Assembly (NCBI GenBank): GCA_963840935.1
Contig: CAWJAS010000001.1
Location: forward strand, 384,875-448,874
Reading direction: 5' to 3'
DNA length: 64,000 nt
DNA from: Candidatus Magasanikiibacteriota bacterium
Lineage (GTDB): Bacteria; Patescibacteriota; Patescibacteriia; Magasanikbacterales; GWA2-37-8
The number at the start of each line of letters is the position of its first letter. The stretch's first letter is position 1. This document shows positions 36,267 through 45,420 of the stretch, in pieces. Below the pieces are notes generated by a model. That model saw only the letters and a program-made list of their open reading frames with translations, ran no database searches and had not been told where the DNA came from. Made by a program: the position numbers and the translations under genes.

Positions 36267-37208
36267 ATGGAAAGACCAAGAGAGTTTGTGCCACTCGACC
36301 GCCTAAAACCGCGCCAATCACCGGAAAAAAGAAAATCTCCGGAATTTTTTGCCAACCAACTTTTGGGAATGATGAAAAAAATTTCCGAACAAGTGAATAA
36401 AGAAGTTGAGAAAAAATACGGCTTGAATAATTTTTTGAATTCCGACGGCTCACTCAACATGAACGGCTATGCCGAGGGCCCACACACAGCCAAACAAGTC
36501 AAAGAAGATAAAGAATGGGTGCGCGAAAGGGAAGTGGAATTCAGTCGAGCCAAAGTCCCGCAAGTGCAATTATTTTACCGCGAGAAATTCGGCGACAAAA
36601 CCGAAGAAGCAATTGTGGAGCGTTGGCGACAAGAAAAAGCCAAAAACAAAAACGGATTGATGGAAATGGCGGTCACCGGATTGTTCCACAAAATTTTGAA
36701 AGATGATTTTTTGGTGGTGCGCGCTTCGGCCTATGATGATTACAACAAAAATGGCGGAGTGGACAATATTATTGTGAACAAAAGCACCGGCGAGGCGATT
36801 TGCGCTTTTGACGAAGTGCATGAAGGCGGAGCCGGCGAGCGCACGGGCGAGAAGATTAAAAAAATTAAAGAAGTGGCGGGTCGGGGCGGAGCCAGAGTGC
36901 GCTATGGTATCAAATTGGAAAACAACAAGCTCAAACGCGCCGAAATGACCACATTGCCGGTTTTCTATTTGGGATTGAAAAGCGCGGAGCTGGAAGAATT
37001 GCTCGCGAATATGAATTGCGACCCGGACAGCAAAGTGACAAACGCGGAATACCAGGTCTTTGCCAAATTGACGGCATCGCTCAAAGAACAAAAACAAATT
37101 TTGGATGGAACCAACGCCACGCCGGCGGTCAGAAACAAGTTGGAAACATTCGAGGGCTTGCTCGCGGAGTTCGAGGAACGGTGCGAGGGTTTTGATATGG
37201 CGGCGTAA
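36267..37208 (+). CDS. Hypothetical protein (313 aa), no recognisable family; GC-richer
   Basis: ORF only; charged, Lys/Glu-rich. Confidence 0.45.
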   Translation: MERPREFVPLDRLKPRQSPEKRKSPEFFANQLLGMMKKISEQVNKEVEKKYGLNNFLNSDGSLNMNGYAEGPHTAKQVKEDKEWVREREVEFSRAKVPQVQLFYREKFGDKTEEAIVERWRQEKAKNKNGLMEMAVTGLFHKILKDDFLVVRASAYDDYNKNGGVDNIIVNKSTGEAICAFDEVHEGGAGERTGEKIKKIKEVAGRGGARVRYGIKLENNKLKRAEMTTLPVFYLGLKSAELEELLANMNCDPDSKVTNAEYQVFAKLTASLKEQKQILDGTNATPAVRNKLETFEGLLAEFEERCEGFDMAA

Positions 37209-37231
37209 GGGGTAGCCATTATTTTTTATCT

Positions 37232-38200
37232 ATGGCCAAAAAAAGAACAAACAAAAATCAAATCGTAATTTATCAATCAAAAAATGGTGGGATTGAAATT
37301 AAAAAAGACATAAATCTGGATACTCTTTGGGCTACTCAGGTGGATATTGGTAAATTATTTGAAAAAGACCAATCGGTAATTTCGCGTCATATCAAGGGTA
37401 TTTTCAAAGATAAAGAAATAGACCAAAAAAGCAATATGCAAAAAATGCATATTGCAAATTCGGATAAACCGGTTGTTTTCTATAGTTTGGACATTATTTT
37501 AGCCGTCGGTTATCGCGCTAATTCAAAACGAGCGATTGAATTTCGCAGATGGGCAACTAAAATTTTGAAAGCGCACATCACCAAGGGCTTCACCATTAAC
37601 CCCAAAGTAATAAAAAACAATTACGCCGAATTTCAAAAAGCGATAGAAAATATTAAACAATTATTACCCGCGAGTTCAAGTGTTGACCGCGAAAGCGTTT
37701 TGGAATTGGTTTCCGCTTTTGCCGACACCTGGCTGTCTCTTGAAGCGTATGATAAAGACGATTTGATCGGCAAGGGCGAAACAAAAAAATCAGTGGACTT
37801 AACAGCCAAACAATTGCATGAAGCGCTTGTTCAATTCAAAAATGAATTGCAAAAGAATAAAACAATATCAAAAATCTTTGCGCTGGAAAAACAAAGTGGT
37901 TCCGTTGATGGCATTGTCGGTAATATCATGCAGTCATTCGGGGGTAAACAATTTTATGCGACCGTGGAAGAAAAAGCGGCTCATCTTTTGTATTTTATGG
38001 TCAAAAATCATCCTTTTACAGACGGCAACAAGCGTTGCGGAGCTTTTGCTTTCGCCTGGTTTTTGAAAAAGGCCGGTTTGCTTGAATCCCGCCAAATCAC
38101 TTCTCCGGCATTAACCGCGTTGACTATTATTGTGGCGGAAAGCGCGCCCAAACAAAAAGAAAAAATTATTCGCCTGATTCTTCAATTGTTGAAAAAATAA
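37232..38200 (+). CDS. RhuM-family N-terminal domain fused to a Fic/Doc (death-on-curing-type) domain
   Basis: N-terminus IVIYQSKNGGIEI...FYSLDIILAVGYRANSKRAIEFRRWATKIL (RhuM-like); C-terminus HPFTDGNKRCG matches the Doc/Fic core motif HxFx(D/N)GNKR. Confidence 0.75.
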   Translation: MAKKRTNKNQIVIYQSKNGGIEIKKDINLDTLWATQVDIGKLFEKDQSVISRHIKGIFKDKEIDQKSNMQKMHIANSDKPVVFYSLDIILAVGYRANSKRAIEFRRWATKILKAHITKGFTINPKVIKNNYAEFQKAIENIKQLLPASSSVDRESVLELVSAFADTWLSLEAYDKDDLIGKGETKKSVDLTAKQLHEALVQFKNELQKNKTISKIFALEKQSGSVDGIVGNIMQSFGGKQFYATVEEKAAHLLYFMVKNHPFTDGNKRCGAFAFAWFLKKAGLLESRQITSPALTALTIIVAESAPKQKEKIIRLILQLLKK

Positions 38201-38207
38201 CCCTCCT

Positions 38208-38262
38208 CTCCTAAACAAGGCGAAGTCCCGCATTCATTGCGGGAAGAGGGTTGGGGTGAGGT
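38208..38262. repeat. GC-rich hairpin element related to 30985-31046 (contains CCCGCATTCATTGCGGG and GGGAAGAGGGTTGGGGTGAGG)
   Basis: Read directly; lies immediately 3' of the Doc-like gene. Confidence 0.5.
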
Positions 38263-38280
38263 CTGGGGGTCAAAAAATTT

Positions 38281-38308
38281 CAACACTTCACCCTAGGGTG
38301 AAGTGTTT
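38281..38308. repeat. 26-28-nt perfect palindrome AACACTTCACCCTAGGGTGAAGTGTT flanked by an A-run and a T-run (bidirectional terminator-like); copy 1 of 2
   Basis: Read directly; a near-identical copy lies at 43479-43508. Confidence 0.65.
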
Positions 38309-38367
38309 GTTTTGGCTTGAATTATTGATGATCTGGGGGTATGATATATTAGATTAAATATTCAGGC

Positions 38368-38997
38368 ATGTCATACATAAAACGAAAAATCGCAAAATAT
38401 GATTTTATTCATAGTATTGTAGTGACCGTTTTAGTAATGGGCGCATTACTTTTTGGCAAATATTTTTTTACTTCTGATTGGCATTCGTTTCTTTATTACA
38501 TTCAGATTTTTATTTTGGCAGTTGGCTCGGTTATTTTGATAGAATTTGTTTTGCGTCTTGTTAATAAAGCCAAAAATTATGAAAAAGGCAAAGAGGGCGA
38601 AGATTATGTTGAAAAAATATTAAAAAATATTTCGAATTTGGAATACACAAGAAATTTTAGAACAAAAAATGGTGATTTGGATTTTTTGGTGAAAAAGAAT
38701 GGAAAATATTATGGTCTAGAAGTAAAAAATTGGTCAGGCAGAATAACTTATTGCGCGGAAGATGATATTATAGAAAAAAATGGATATCCGCAGAATGTTA
38801 TAAAACAAGTAAAAACTGCTTCAAAAAAAGCGCAACAAAAATTGGCAAAAGAAAATCCCGCAATAACATTTGTGCAACCGGTAATAGTTTTTTGCGACCA
38901 TGTGGCATGTGTGGATATGCCGGGTAATATTATCAAATACGATAATATGGAGGTTTATGCGATTGGGTCGAGTCAGATAAATAATTTTTTTAGATAA
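38368..38997 (+). CDS. NERD (nuclease-related domain) protein with N-terminal TM helices
   Basis: GKEGEDYVEKILK...FRTKNGDLDFLVKKNGKYYGLEVKNW fits the NERD PD-(D/E)xK-like core; two N-terminal hydrophobic helices. Confidence 0.7.
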   Translation: MSYIKRKIAKYDFIHSIVVTVLVMGALLFGKYFFTSDWHSFLYYIQIFILAVGSVILIEFVLRLVNKAKNYEKGKEGEDYVEKILKNISNLEYTRNFRTKNGDLDFLVKKNGKYYGLEVKNWSGRITYCAEDDIIEKNGYPQNVIKQVKTASKKAQQKLAKENPAITFVQPVIVFCDHVACVDMPGNIIKYDNMEVYAIGSSQINNFFR

Positions 38998-39001
38998 AAA
39001 T

Positions 39002-42000
39002 ATGACAAATAATTGCGTATCTGAATTTGTAAAATCAGTAATAGAAAAATATAAATCAGGTCAAGCCAAAGAGCATGCTTATCGTCCGGCTTTAGAAAAG
39101 TTGTTCGGCGACATCTCTGGCCTTAATGTGATCAACGACCCCAAACGGAGCGAATACGGTGCGCCGGATTTTGTGTTTATGAAAGGAAAAGTGGCCGCCG
39201 CCTATGCCGAAGCCAAAGATATAGGCGTATCGCTTGGCGAAACAGAAAAAGGTGAACAACTTGCTCGTTATTTTGGCTATTCCAATTTAATTCTCACGGA
39301 TTGTTTAGAGTTTCGTTTTTTTCGCAACGGTCAAAAATACGAAACAGTGAAGATCGCCGAAATAAAGGACGGTGAAATAGTGGCGGACGAAAACAATTTT
39401 TCGCATTTAGAAGATACAATTAAAGAATTTATCAATGAAGCCAAAGAACCGATAAAATCCGGCGCCGTACTCGCCAAAGTCATGGCCGGCAAGGCGCGTC
39501 GCATTCGAGACAACATCAAAAAGTATCTGAACGAAAAAAACGAAGTTAAGAACGCGAGTTTATTGTCAATATACAATGCTATAAAAAATTTGTTACTCAA
39601 TGATTTGGATTATGAAAAATTTGCAGACATGTACGCGCAGACGGTTGTTTATGGTTTGTTTGTCGCTCGTTTTCACGACCAAACACCCGACACTTTCTCT
39701 CGGCAAGAAGCGCGCGATTTAGTGCCGAAATCCAATCCATTTTTACGTAAATTTTTTGACCATATCACCGGCGAGGATTTTGATGAACGCATCGGCTTTA
39801 TTGTTACGGAACTGTGTGAGGAATTCGTGCACGCCGATGTTCGCGCGATAATAAACAATTATTACAAAGTGGAAAAAGACGATAGCCGCGACCCCATTAT
39901 TCATTTCTACGAAGATTTTTTGCAGGAATATGATCCGGCGGAACGCAAGAAAATGGGTGTGTTTTATACGCCATTGCCGGTGGTACGATTTATCGTGCGC
40001 GCAATAGACGAAATTTTAAAAATCGAATTTGGCTTGAGCGGACTTGTCGATGCTATGAAAGAGGACATTGTTAAGGAGTCTCAGGGTAAAAAATACAAAG
40101 ACAAGATCCATAAAGTTCAAATTCTAGATCCAGCCACCGGCACAGGGACATTTTTGAATGAGGTCATTAGGCAAATCAAAGAATCGTTTAAGGGCCAGGA
40201 GGGTCGTTGGCAGAGTTATATCAAAGAGGACTTAATCCCGCGGCTTTATGGTTTTGAATTAATGATGGCGCCGTACACTATCGCGCATTTAAAAATCTCT
40301 TCTTTTTTGAAAGAGAACGGTGTTCATATCGGCGACGAACGGATCGGTCTGTATCTCACAAATTCTCTTGAAAAAGGCGACAAAGAACACGACACCCTTT
40401 TTGATTTTGGTTTGGCCAAAGCAATTTCTGATAAATCCAGAAAAGCTAACATTATTAAAGTTAAGGTGCCGATAATGGTAGTTTTAGGAAATCCGCCGTA
40501 TTCTGGTGAGTCTAGTAATAATTTTGAGAGTGCGAATAGATTAGTAGACAAATATAAATTTGAGCCAGGAGGCTTACTTAAATTAAAAGAAAAAAATCCA
40601 AAATGGTTAAATGATGATTATGTTAAGTTTATTGCCTTTTCAGAAAATTTAATAGATAAAAACGGTGAAGGCGTTTTAGGGTTTATTACTAATCATAGTT
40701 ATCTGGACAATACAACCTTTAGAGGAATGCGTTGGGAACTTGCACAGACTTTTGATGAAATTCATATAGTAGATCTTCACGGAAATGTTAAGAAAAAAGA
40801 AAAGCACCCAGATGGAAGTGTAGACGAAAATATTTTCGGTATACAGCAGGGTGTAGCTATTATAATTGCTGTGAAAAAGAAAAATAAAGGCGCTAAAAAG
40901 GATGCCAAGGTTTTCGTCTCTGATTTGTACGGTACGAAAAAGGTTAAATTTAATGCATTGAATAATGACGAAATAAAATATACAGAAATTAAATTAGATC
41001 AGCATCAGTACTATTTTGTAAACAAAAATTTTCAAGGAAAAGATGAATACGATAAGGGGTTTTTTGTAAATGATTTGTTTATTGTTTCTAATGTTGGCAT
41101 TGTCACTTCGGCTGATAGTATTTTGGTGGCACCAACTAAAGAGGAATTACTCAAACAATTATATAGCGCTAAAGAGGAAAATAGCGCTAAGAAAACAATT
41201 CAAAAGTTGAAAAATGAATCTATCGAAGAAAGAAAAATGCAAAAAGTAACTTATAGGCCATTTGATAATCAGTATGTTTATTATGAACCAAATGTTATTG
41301 AACGTGCCCGGTATAAAGTGATGAAAAATTTTATAGCCAAAGATAATGTTGGTCTAATATTTATGAGAGGTGGTATAGAGGTAAAATCCTCACCAATTTT
41401 CCTTTCTAAATATATTAGCAAATCCAGGAGCTGGTCGCGTCCAGGAATGCAAGGTGTCAAATCATTAGCACCACTTTATTTATATATGGAAGATGGATCA
41501 AAAATTCCAAATTTCAATAAAGAGATCGTAAAGCAAATAGAAAAAATTATTGGGCAAGCGACTCCCGAAAACATATTTGATTATATATACGCGATTTTGA
41601 ACAGTCCGAGTTATGGTGAAAAATATAAAGAGTTTTTGAAAATAGATTTTCCGCGCGTGCCGTACCCGAAAGATGAAAAACAATTTTTTGATTTAGCAAA
41701 ATTGGGCGAGGAATTGCGCCATTTGCATTTGTTTGAGAGTCCAAAAATAAATAATTTTATCACGACCTATTCAGAACCCGGCGATAATTTGGTTGAAAAG
41801 GTTATTTATAATGAAGAAAATGTGTTTATTAACAAAGCACAATTTTTTGGCGATGTTCCTAAAATCGCCTGGGAATTTTACATCGGTGGCTATCAACCTG
41901 CCCAAAAATGGCTCAAAGATCGCAAAGGTCGCAATTTATCAAACTCCGATATTGAACATTATCAAAAAATTATCGTGGCGCTTGTTGAGACAGGTAGAAT

Positions 42001-42034
42001 AATGAAAGAAATTGATAAAATTAAATATGAATAA
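39002..42034 (+). CDS. Type IIG restriction-modification enzyme (fused PD-ExK endonuclease + N6-adenine methyltransferase + specificity domain), MmeI/Eco57I-like
   Basis: N-terminal APDFVF...EAKD (PD-ExK); FYTP motif I; VLGNPPYSG motif IV (NPPY); 1010 aa single polypeptide. Confidence 0.85.
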   Translation: MTNNCVSEFVKSVIEKYKSGQAKEHAYRPALEKLFGDISGLNVINDPKRSEYGAPDFVFMKGKVAAAYAEAKDIGVSLGETEKGEQLARYFGYSNLILTDCLEFRFFRNGQKYETVKIAEIKDGEIVADENNFSHLEDTIKEFINEAKEPIKSGAVLAKVMAGKARRIRDNIKKYLNEKNEVKNASLLSIYNAIKNLLLNDLDYEKFADMYAQTVVYGLFVARFHDQTPDTFSRQEARDLVPKSNPFLRKFFDHITGEDFDERIGFIVTELCEEFVHADVRAIINNYYKVEKDDSRDPIIHFYEDFLQEYDPAERKKMGVFYTPLPVVRFIVRAIDEILKIEFGLSGLVDAMKEDIVKESQGKKYKDKIHKVQILDPATGTGTFLNEVIRQIKESFKGQEGRWQSYIKEDLIPRLYGFELMMAPYTIAHLKISSFLKENGVHIGDERIGLYLTNSLEKGDKEHDTLFDFGLAKAISDKSRKANIIKVKVPIMVVLGNPPYSGESSNNFESANRLVDKYKFEPGGLLKLKEKNPKWLNDDYVKFIAFSENLIDKNGEGVLGFITNHSYLDNTTFRGMRWELAQTFDEIHIVDLHGNVKKKEKHPDGSVDENIFGIQQGVAIIIAVKKKNKGAKKDAKVFVSDLYGTKKVKFNALNNDEIKYTEIKLDQHQYYFVNKNFQGKDEYDKGFFVNDLFIVSNVGIVTSADSILVAPTKEELLKQLYSAKEENSAKKTIQKLKNESIEERKMQKVTYRPFDNQYVYYEPNVIERARYKVMKNFIAKDNVGLIFMRGGIEVKSSPIFLSKYISKSRSWSRPGMQGVKSLAPLYLYMEDGSKIPNFNKEIVKQIEKIIGQATPENIFDYIYAILNSPSYGEKYKEFLKIDFPRVPYPKDEKQFFDLAKLGEELRHLHLFESPKINNFITTYSEPGDNLVEKVIYNEENVFINKAQFFGDVPKIAWEFYIGGYQPAQKWLKDRKGRNLSNSDIEHYQKIIVALVETGRIMKEIDKIKYE

Positions 42035-42287
42035 ACATGAAAAAATATATCCGACACAAGGATATTCCGATAAAGAATTAATTACTCAGGTTGGTGATTA
42101 TGCGAATCAGGTAGTTGGTGATCCGAATAAAAAAACAGAAATACTTATGCAACATTTTGCAAAGGCGAATGTCGGAGTCGCGGAGTTGCAAAGACGCTAC
42201 ACTAAAAGAGCTTTATATATTGCCTTTTTTGCTTTGTTGCTAAGTGTCGCATCCATTATACTGTCTTTATTTGATAAATTTTTTTAA
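42012..42287 (+). CDS. Small protein with C-terminal TM helix
   Basis: ORF only; overlaps the R-M gene end by 23 nt. Confidence 0.3.
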   Translation: MIKLNMNKHEKIYPTQGYSDKELITQVGDYANQVVGDPNKKTEILMQHFAKANVGVAELQRRYTKRALYIAFFALLLSVASIILSLFDKFF

Positions 42288-42299
42288 AATATTAATTTT

Positions 42300-42653
42300 A
42301 TGCCTCTCACCCTCGTCATCCTATTCGCCATCATCATCATCCTCGCCGGATTTAAAATCTATACCCTTAAGCGCGAGGTGCTTGCCTTGAGCAGAGAGCT
42401 TGAAGATGAAAAAAAGGAATTTGCCGAAGTTGCCGTGTACAACGAAAGGCAAAAGGAAATCAAAAATCAGAACAAGGCAAAAGTGATGGCTTTGTTTGAA
42501 CACCAAAAAAAGATTGCCAACAATGATGTGCAAAAAGAATTGGGCATTTCGAGCGCCACCGCCTTCCGCTATTTGGAGGAATTGGAGAAGGAAGGTAAAT
42601 TAAAGCAGAATAATAAATTTGGGAGGTTTGTTTATTATACGAAAGCAAGTTAA
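42300..42653 (+). CDS. N-terminal TM plus C-terminal winged-helix DNA-binding protein
   Basis: Hydrophobic N-terminus; KKIANNDVQKELGISSATAFRYLEELEKEGKL is an HTH. Confidence 0.5.
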   Translation: MPLTLVILFAIIIILAGFKIYTLKREVLALSRELEDEKKEFAEVAVYNERQKEIKNQNKAKVMALFEHQKKIANNDVQKELGISSATAFRYLEELEKEGKLKQNNKFGRFVYYTKAS

Positions 42654-42686
42654 TTGAAATATTGCAATATTATAAAAATATGAATT

Positions 42687-43301
42687 ATGCTTGTTTTTAT
42701 TGACGACTCTGGCGATCCGGGCTTTAAATTAAACAAAGGTTCCACCAGATATTTTCTAATCGCTCTCGTAATTTTTGAAGATGAATTAGAGGCGGAAAAA
42801 ACAGCAGTCGCGATTAAGGAGCTTAAAAGGGGATTAAAATTTCCTGATGATATGGAATTTAAATTTTTTAAATCAAGCAAAGATGTCAGAATGAAATTTT
42901 TATCGACAGTAAAAAAGTTTAATTTTTATTATAGATGCTTGGCGATAGATAAGATGGTAATTAAAAGCGATGAATTAAAAAATAACAAAAGCTCATTTTA
43001 CAGTTATGCTATTAAAACCGTATTAAAGCATAGTAATGCCATTAATAACGCCAAGGTCAAAATTGATGGAAGCGGAGACAGGGTTTTCCGAAAAAATTTT
43101 TTGGCATATTTAAAAAAACAATTAAACAGTGGAGATAAAAAAATAATTAAAAATTGTAAATTGGTCGATTCAAAAGGCAATCAACTTATCCAATTGGCTG
43201 ATATGATTGCTGGTAGTGTTCGGCGGTCTTTTGAAGCGAATGATTATATTTATAGGAATCTTATAAAAAATAAGGAGAATGATGTTTGGAATTTTAAATA
43301 A
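42687..43301 (+). CDS. DUF3800 family protein
   Basis: N-terminal MLVFIDDSGDPG and C-terminal QLADMIAG are the hallmark DUF3800 segments. Confidence 0.7.
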   Translation: MLVFIDDSGDPGFKLNKGSTRYFLIALVIFEDELEAEKTAVAIKELKRGLKFPDDMEFKFFKSSKDVRMKFLSTVKKFNFYYRCLAIDKMVIKSDELKNNKSSFYSYAIKTVLKHSNAINNAKVKIDGSGDRVFRKNFLAYLKKQLNSGDKKIIKNCKLVDSKGNQLIQLADMIAGSVRRSFEANDYIYRNLIKNKENDVWNFK

Positions 43302-43478
43302 AAAACAACCCCTTACGGGGTGTTTCCAACCATGCATTCTATACTGGTTGTCCCAGTCACGCCACCGTCCGGTGACAGTTCGATATGCAGGTTTAGGTAT
43401 TTCCATTATAGCATAAAACTCGTAAAATTGGAATAGGTTTGTGTGTATAACTATATATTTATTTAATTTTAGCCAAAA

Positions 43479-43508
43479 ATCAACACTTCACCCTAGGCTG
43501 AAGTGTTG
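43479..43508. repeat. Palindrome CAACACTTCACCCTAGGCTGAAGTGTTG, copy 2 of the 38281-38308 element (one central mismatch)
   Basis: Read directly; A-run upstream. Confidence 0.6.
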
Positions 43509-43582
43509 AAATTAGTTAAATTTACATATAATTTTCGAGAGGAATGTGCAAAAAATGCACAATCCAAAAAATCAAACGTAAA

Positions 43583-43800
43583 AGAAATAAAAAAGTCCTG
43601 GCTGGACATTGCACAAGTCGTTTTTGACACGCGCCCTCTCGTCCAGCCAGAACAAAGGAATATATCATAAAACGAGCTATTTGTCAATATGAAATAAAAA
43701 AGTCCTGGCTGGGACAGTATTTATATCGTGTCAAACAGAACTACCTTCGTCCAGCCAGGACAGAGAAGTATATGATAATATAATTATTTTGTCAATATTA
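43583..43800 (+). repeat. Two tandem ~110-nt structured units, each a 13-bp inverted repeat (GTCCTGGCTGG(G)AC ... GTCCAGCCAG(A/G)AC) enclosing a ~33-nt divergent loop, followed by the conserved tail TATTTTGTCAATAT(G/T)AAATAAAA; candidate small RNAs
   Basis: Read directly; unit 1 at 43583-43690, unit 2 at 43692-43800; immediately followed by a strong terminator. Confidence 0.55.
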
Positions 43801-43804
43801 AATA

Positions 43805-43836
43805 AAACCCCGCAATCGCGGGGCTTCATTTTTTTT
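43805..43836 (+). terminator. Rho-independent terminator directly after the tandem structured repeats
   Basis: CCCCGC-AATC-GCGGGG then CTTCATTTTTTTT; no protein gene upstream on this strand. Confidence 0.6.
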
Positions 43837-43893
43837 AAGCTTGTCCAAAGGCAATAAAAGTGGGATAATATATAAAATTAGCTATAAAAATCT

Positions 43894-45345
43894 ATGCTAA
43901 CAAAATCCAATTTTAATCTATATATCAAATGCCCGATTTGGTTGTGGTTGAAAATTCATCGACCGGATTTGTTGCCGGCAGATTCGCTGGATACATTGCG
44001 CCGGTTTGCGGAGGGCAGGGAGGTGGATGTGCTGTCGCGCCAAGTTTATCCGGGTGGAGTTGAAGCAAAAGGTTTCAATAAAGAGGGTTTCAAAAACACA
44101 AAAGAGCTTTTGAGTGGCACGGCCAAAGTGATTTACCAGCCCACGATTATGACCGAGTTTTTGACTTGCCGGGCGGATATTTTGACACGCGATGGCGAGA
44201 AGTGGGATTTGCGCGAAGTAAAAATGACAACTAAAGTAAAACCGGAGCATATTTATGATGTTGGTTTTCAGCGGATTTGTTTTGAAGAGGCGGGCGTAAA
44301 AATCGGCCGAACTTTTTTGGTCCATTTGAATAATGAGTATGTTCGACATGGCGCGATTGAACCGGAAAAATTATTTATCAGTGAAGATATTACCGACGAA
44401 GTTTTGGAAAAAATGGATGAAATAAAAGAAGAAATAAACAAGGCGCTTGCGATGTTTGAATGGCGGGAAGCGCCGGACAAGCGTTTGATTGAATTGTGTG
44501 CCACTCCCAAAAATTGCGAGTATATCAAATATTATTGTGAGGGTGTGGGCGGTGTGGCGGAAATGGCCGAGCAAATTGACCCCAAAAAATTATTGATTTT
44601 GTTGAGGCGGGGGATTGTGGCGCCGGAAAATTTGTCTGATGATTTGCTTGATCGGATCGGGTACGCGCCGGAAGAGCCGTTCACAAAAATAAACGCGCCG
44701 GTCATTCGGCGGGAATTGGAAAAGCTGGAATATCCGTTGTATTTTTTTGATTATGAAACTTATGGTGTGGCCATCCCTTTGTTTGATGGCACGCGTCCGT
44801 ATCAGGCCATCCCTTTCCAATATTCTTTGCATGTGCAAGACAAGCCCGATGGTGAAATTAAACACTTGGAATTTTTGGCCACAAAGTTTGAGAATCCGGT
44901 GCCGGAATTGCTCGCGCAATTGAAGCGAGACATTGGGCCGGTTGGCAGTGTGATTGTGTGGTTCAAAAATTTTGAAAAGACGCGCAATGAAGAAATGGCA
45001 AAAATGATGCCCGAGTACGCTGATTTTTTGGATGATGTGAATGAACGGATTTTTGATTTGTATGATATCTTTAAAATAAAGAATGAGATGTATGCTGACA
45101 GCGAGTTTCAAGGTAGCGCTTCGCTGAAGTCGGTTTTGCCTGTTCTTTGCCCCGAACTTTCATACAAATCTTTGGCCATTCAAGAAGGCGGGACGGCTTC
45201 GGCCAGTTGGCCGGTTTTGACCAGTGAAAAAACGCCGGAAGCCGAGCGAGAGAAATTAAAAAATGACATGTTGGCGTATTGCGAGCGCGATACCGAAGCG
45301 ATGGTTGGCATTCTTGAGAAGTTGAAAAGGGAGATTGAAAATTAA
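43894..45345 (+). CDS. DUF2779 family protein (predicted RecB/Cas4-like PD-(D/E)xK nuclease with C-terminal Cys cluster and exonuclease-like domain)
   Basis: N-terminus MLTKSNFNLYIKCPIWLWLK typical of DUF2779; D..E.K triad (RADILTRDGEKWDLREVK); CEYIKYYCEG. Confidence 0.65.
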   Translation: MLTKSNFNLYIKCPIWLWLKIHRPDLLPADSLDTLRRFAEGREVDVLSRQVYPGGVEAKGFNKEGFKNTKELLSGTAKVIYQPTIMTEFLTCRADILTRDGEKWDLREVKMTTKVKPEHIYDVGFQRICFEEAGVKIGRTFLVHLNNEYVRHGAIEPEKLFISEDITDEVLEKMDEIKEEINKALAMFEWREAPDKRLIELCATPKNCEYIKYYCEGVGGVAEMAEQIDPKKLLILLRRGIVAPENLSDDLLDRIGYAPEEPFTKINAPVIRRELEKLEYPLYFFDYETYGVAIPLFDGTRPYQAIPFQYSLHVQDKPDGEIKHLEFLATKFENPVPELLAQLKRDIGPVGSVIVWFKNFEKTRNEEMAKMMPEYADFLDDVNERIFDLYDIFKIKNEMYADSEFQGSASLKSVLPVLCPELSYKSLAIQEGGTASASWPVLTSEKTPEAEREKLKNDMLAYCERDTEAMVGILEKLKREIEN

Positions 45346-45420
45346 TGCAGTTGTGGTCTTTATGTTTCATGAATAGGTCTGGCACTGTGCAAAGTTAAGA
45401 AAATATTAAATGTTATTTTC

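Noticed and set aside
36570-37097. 175-aa minus-strand ORF
   Set aside because: Antisense within the 313-aa plus-strand gene in a GC-richer region where long spurious antisense ORFs are expected. It has no start-site or RBS support.
43583-43800. Possible CRISPR array
   Set aside because: Only two units, and the repeats are internal inverted repeats forming hairpins rather than direct repeats separating unique spacers. There are no cas genes nearby.
44590-45111. 173-aa minus-strand ORF inside the DUF2779 gene
   Set aside because: Antisense to a gene with clear domain signatures. Its low-complexity Arg/Gln/Ile-rich translation is typical of a reverse-frame artefact.
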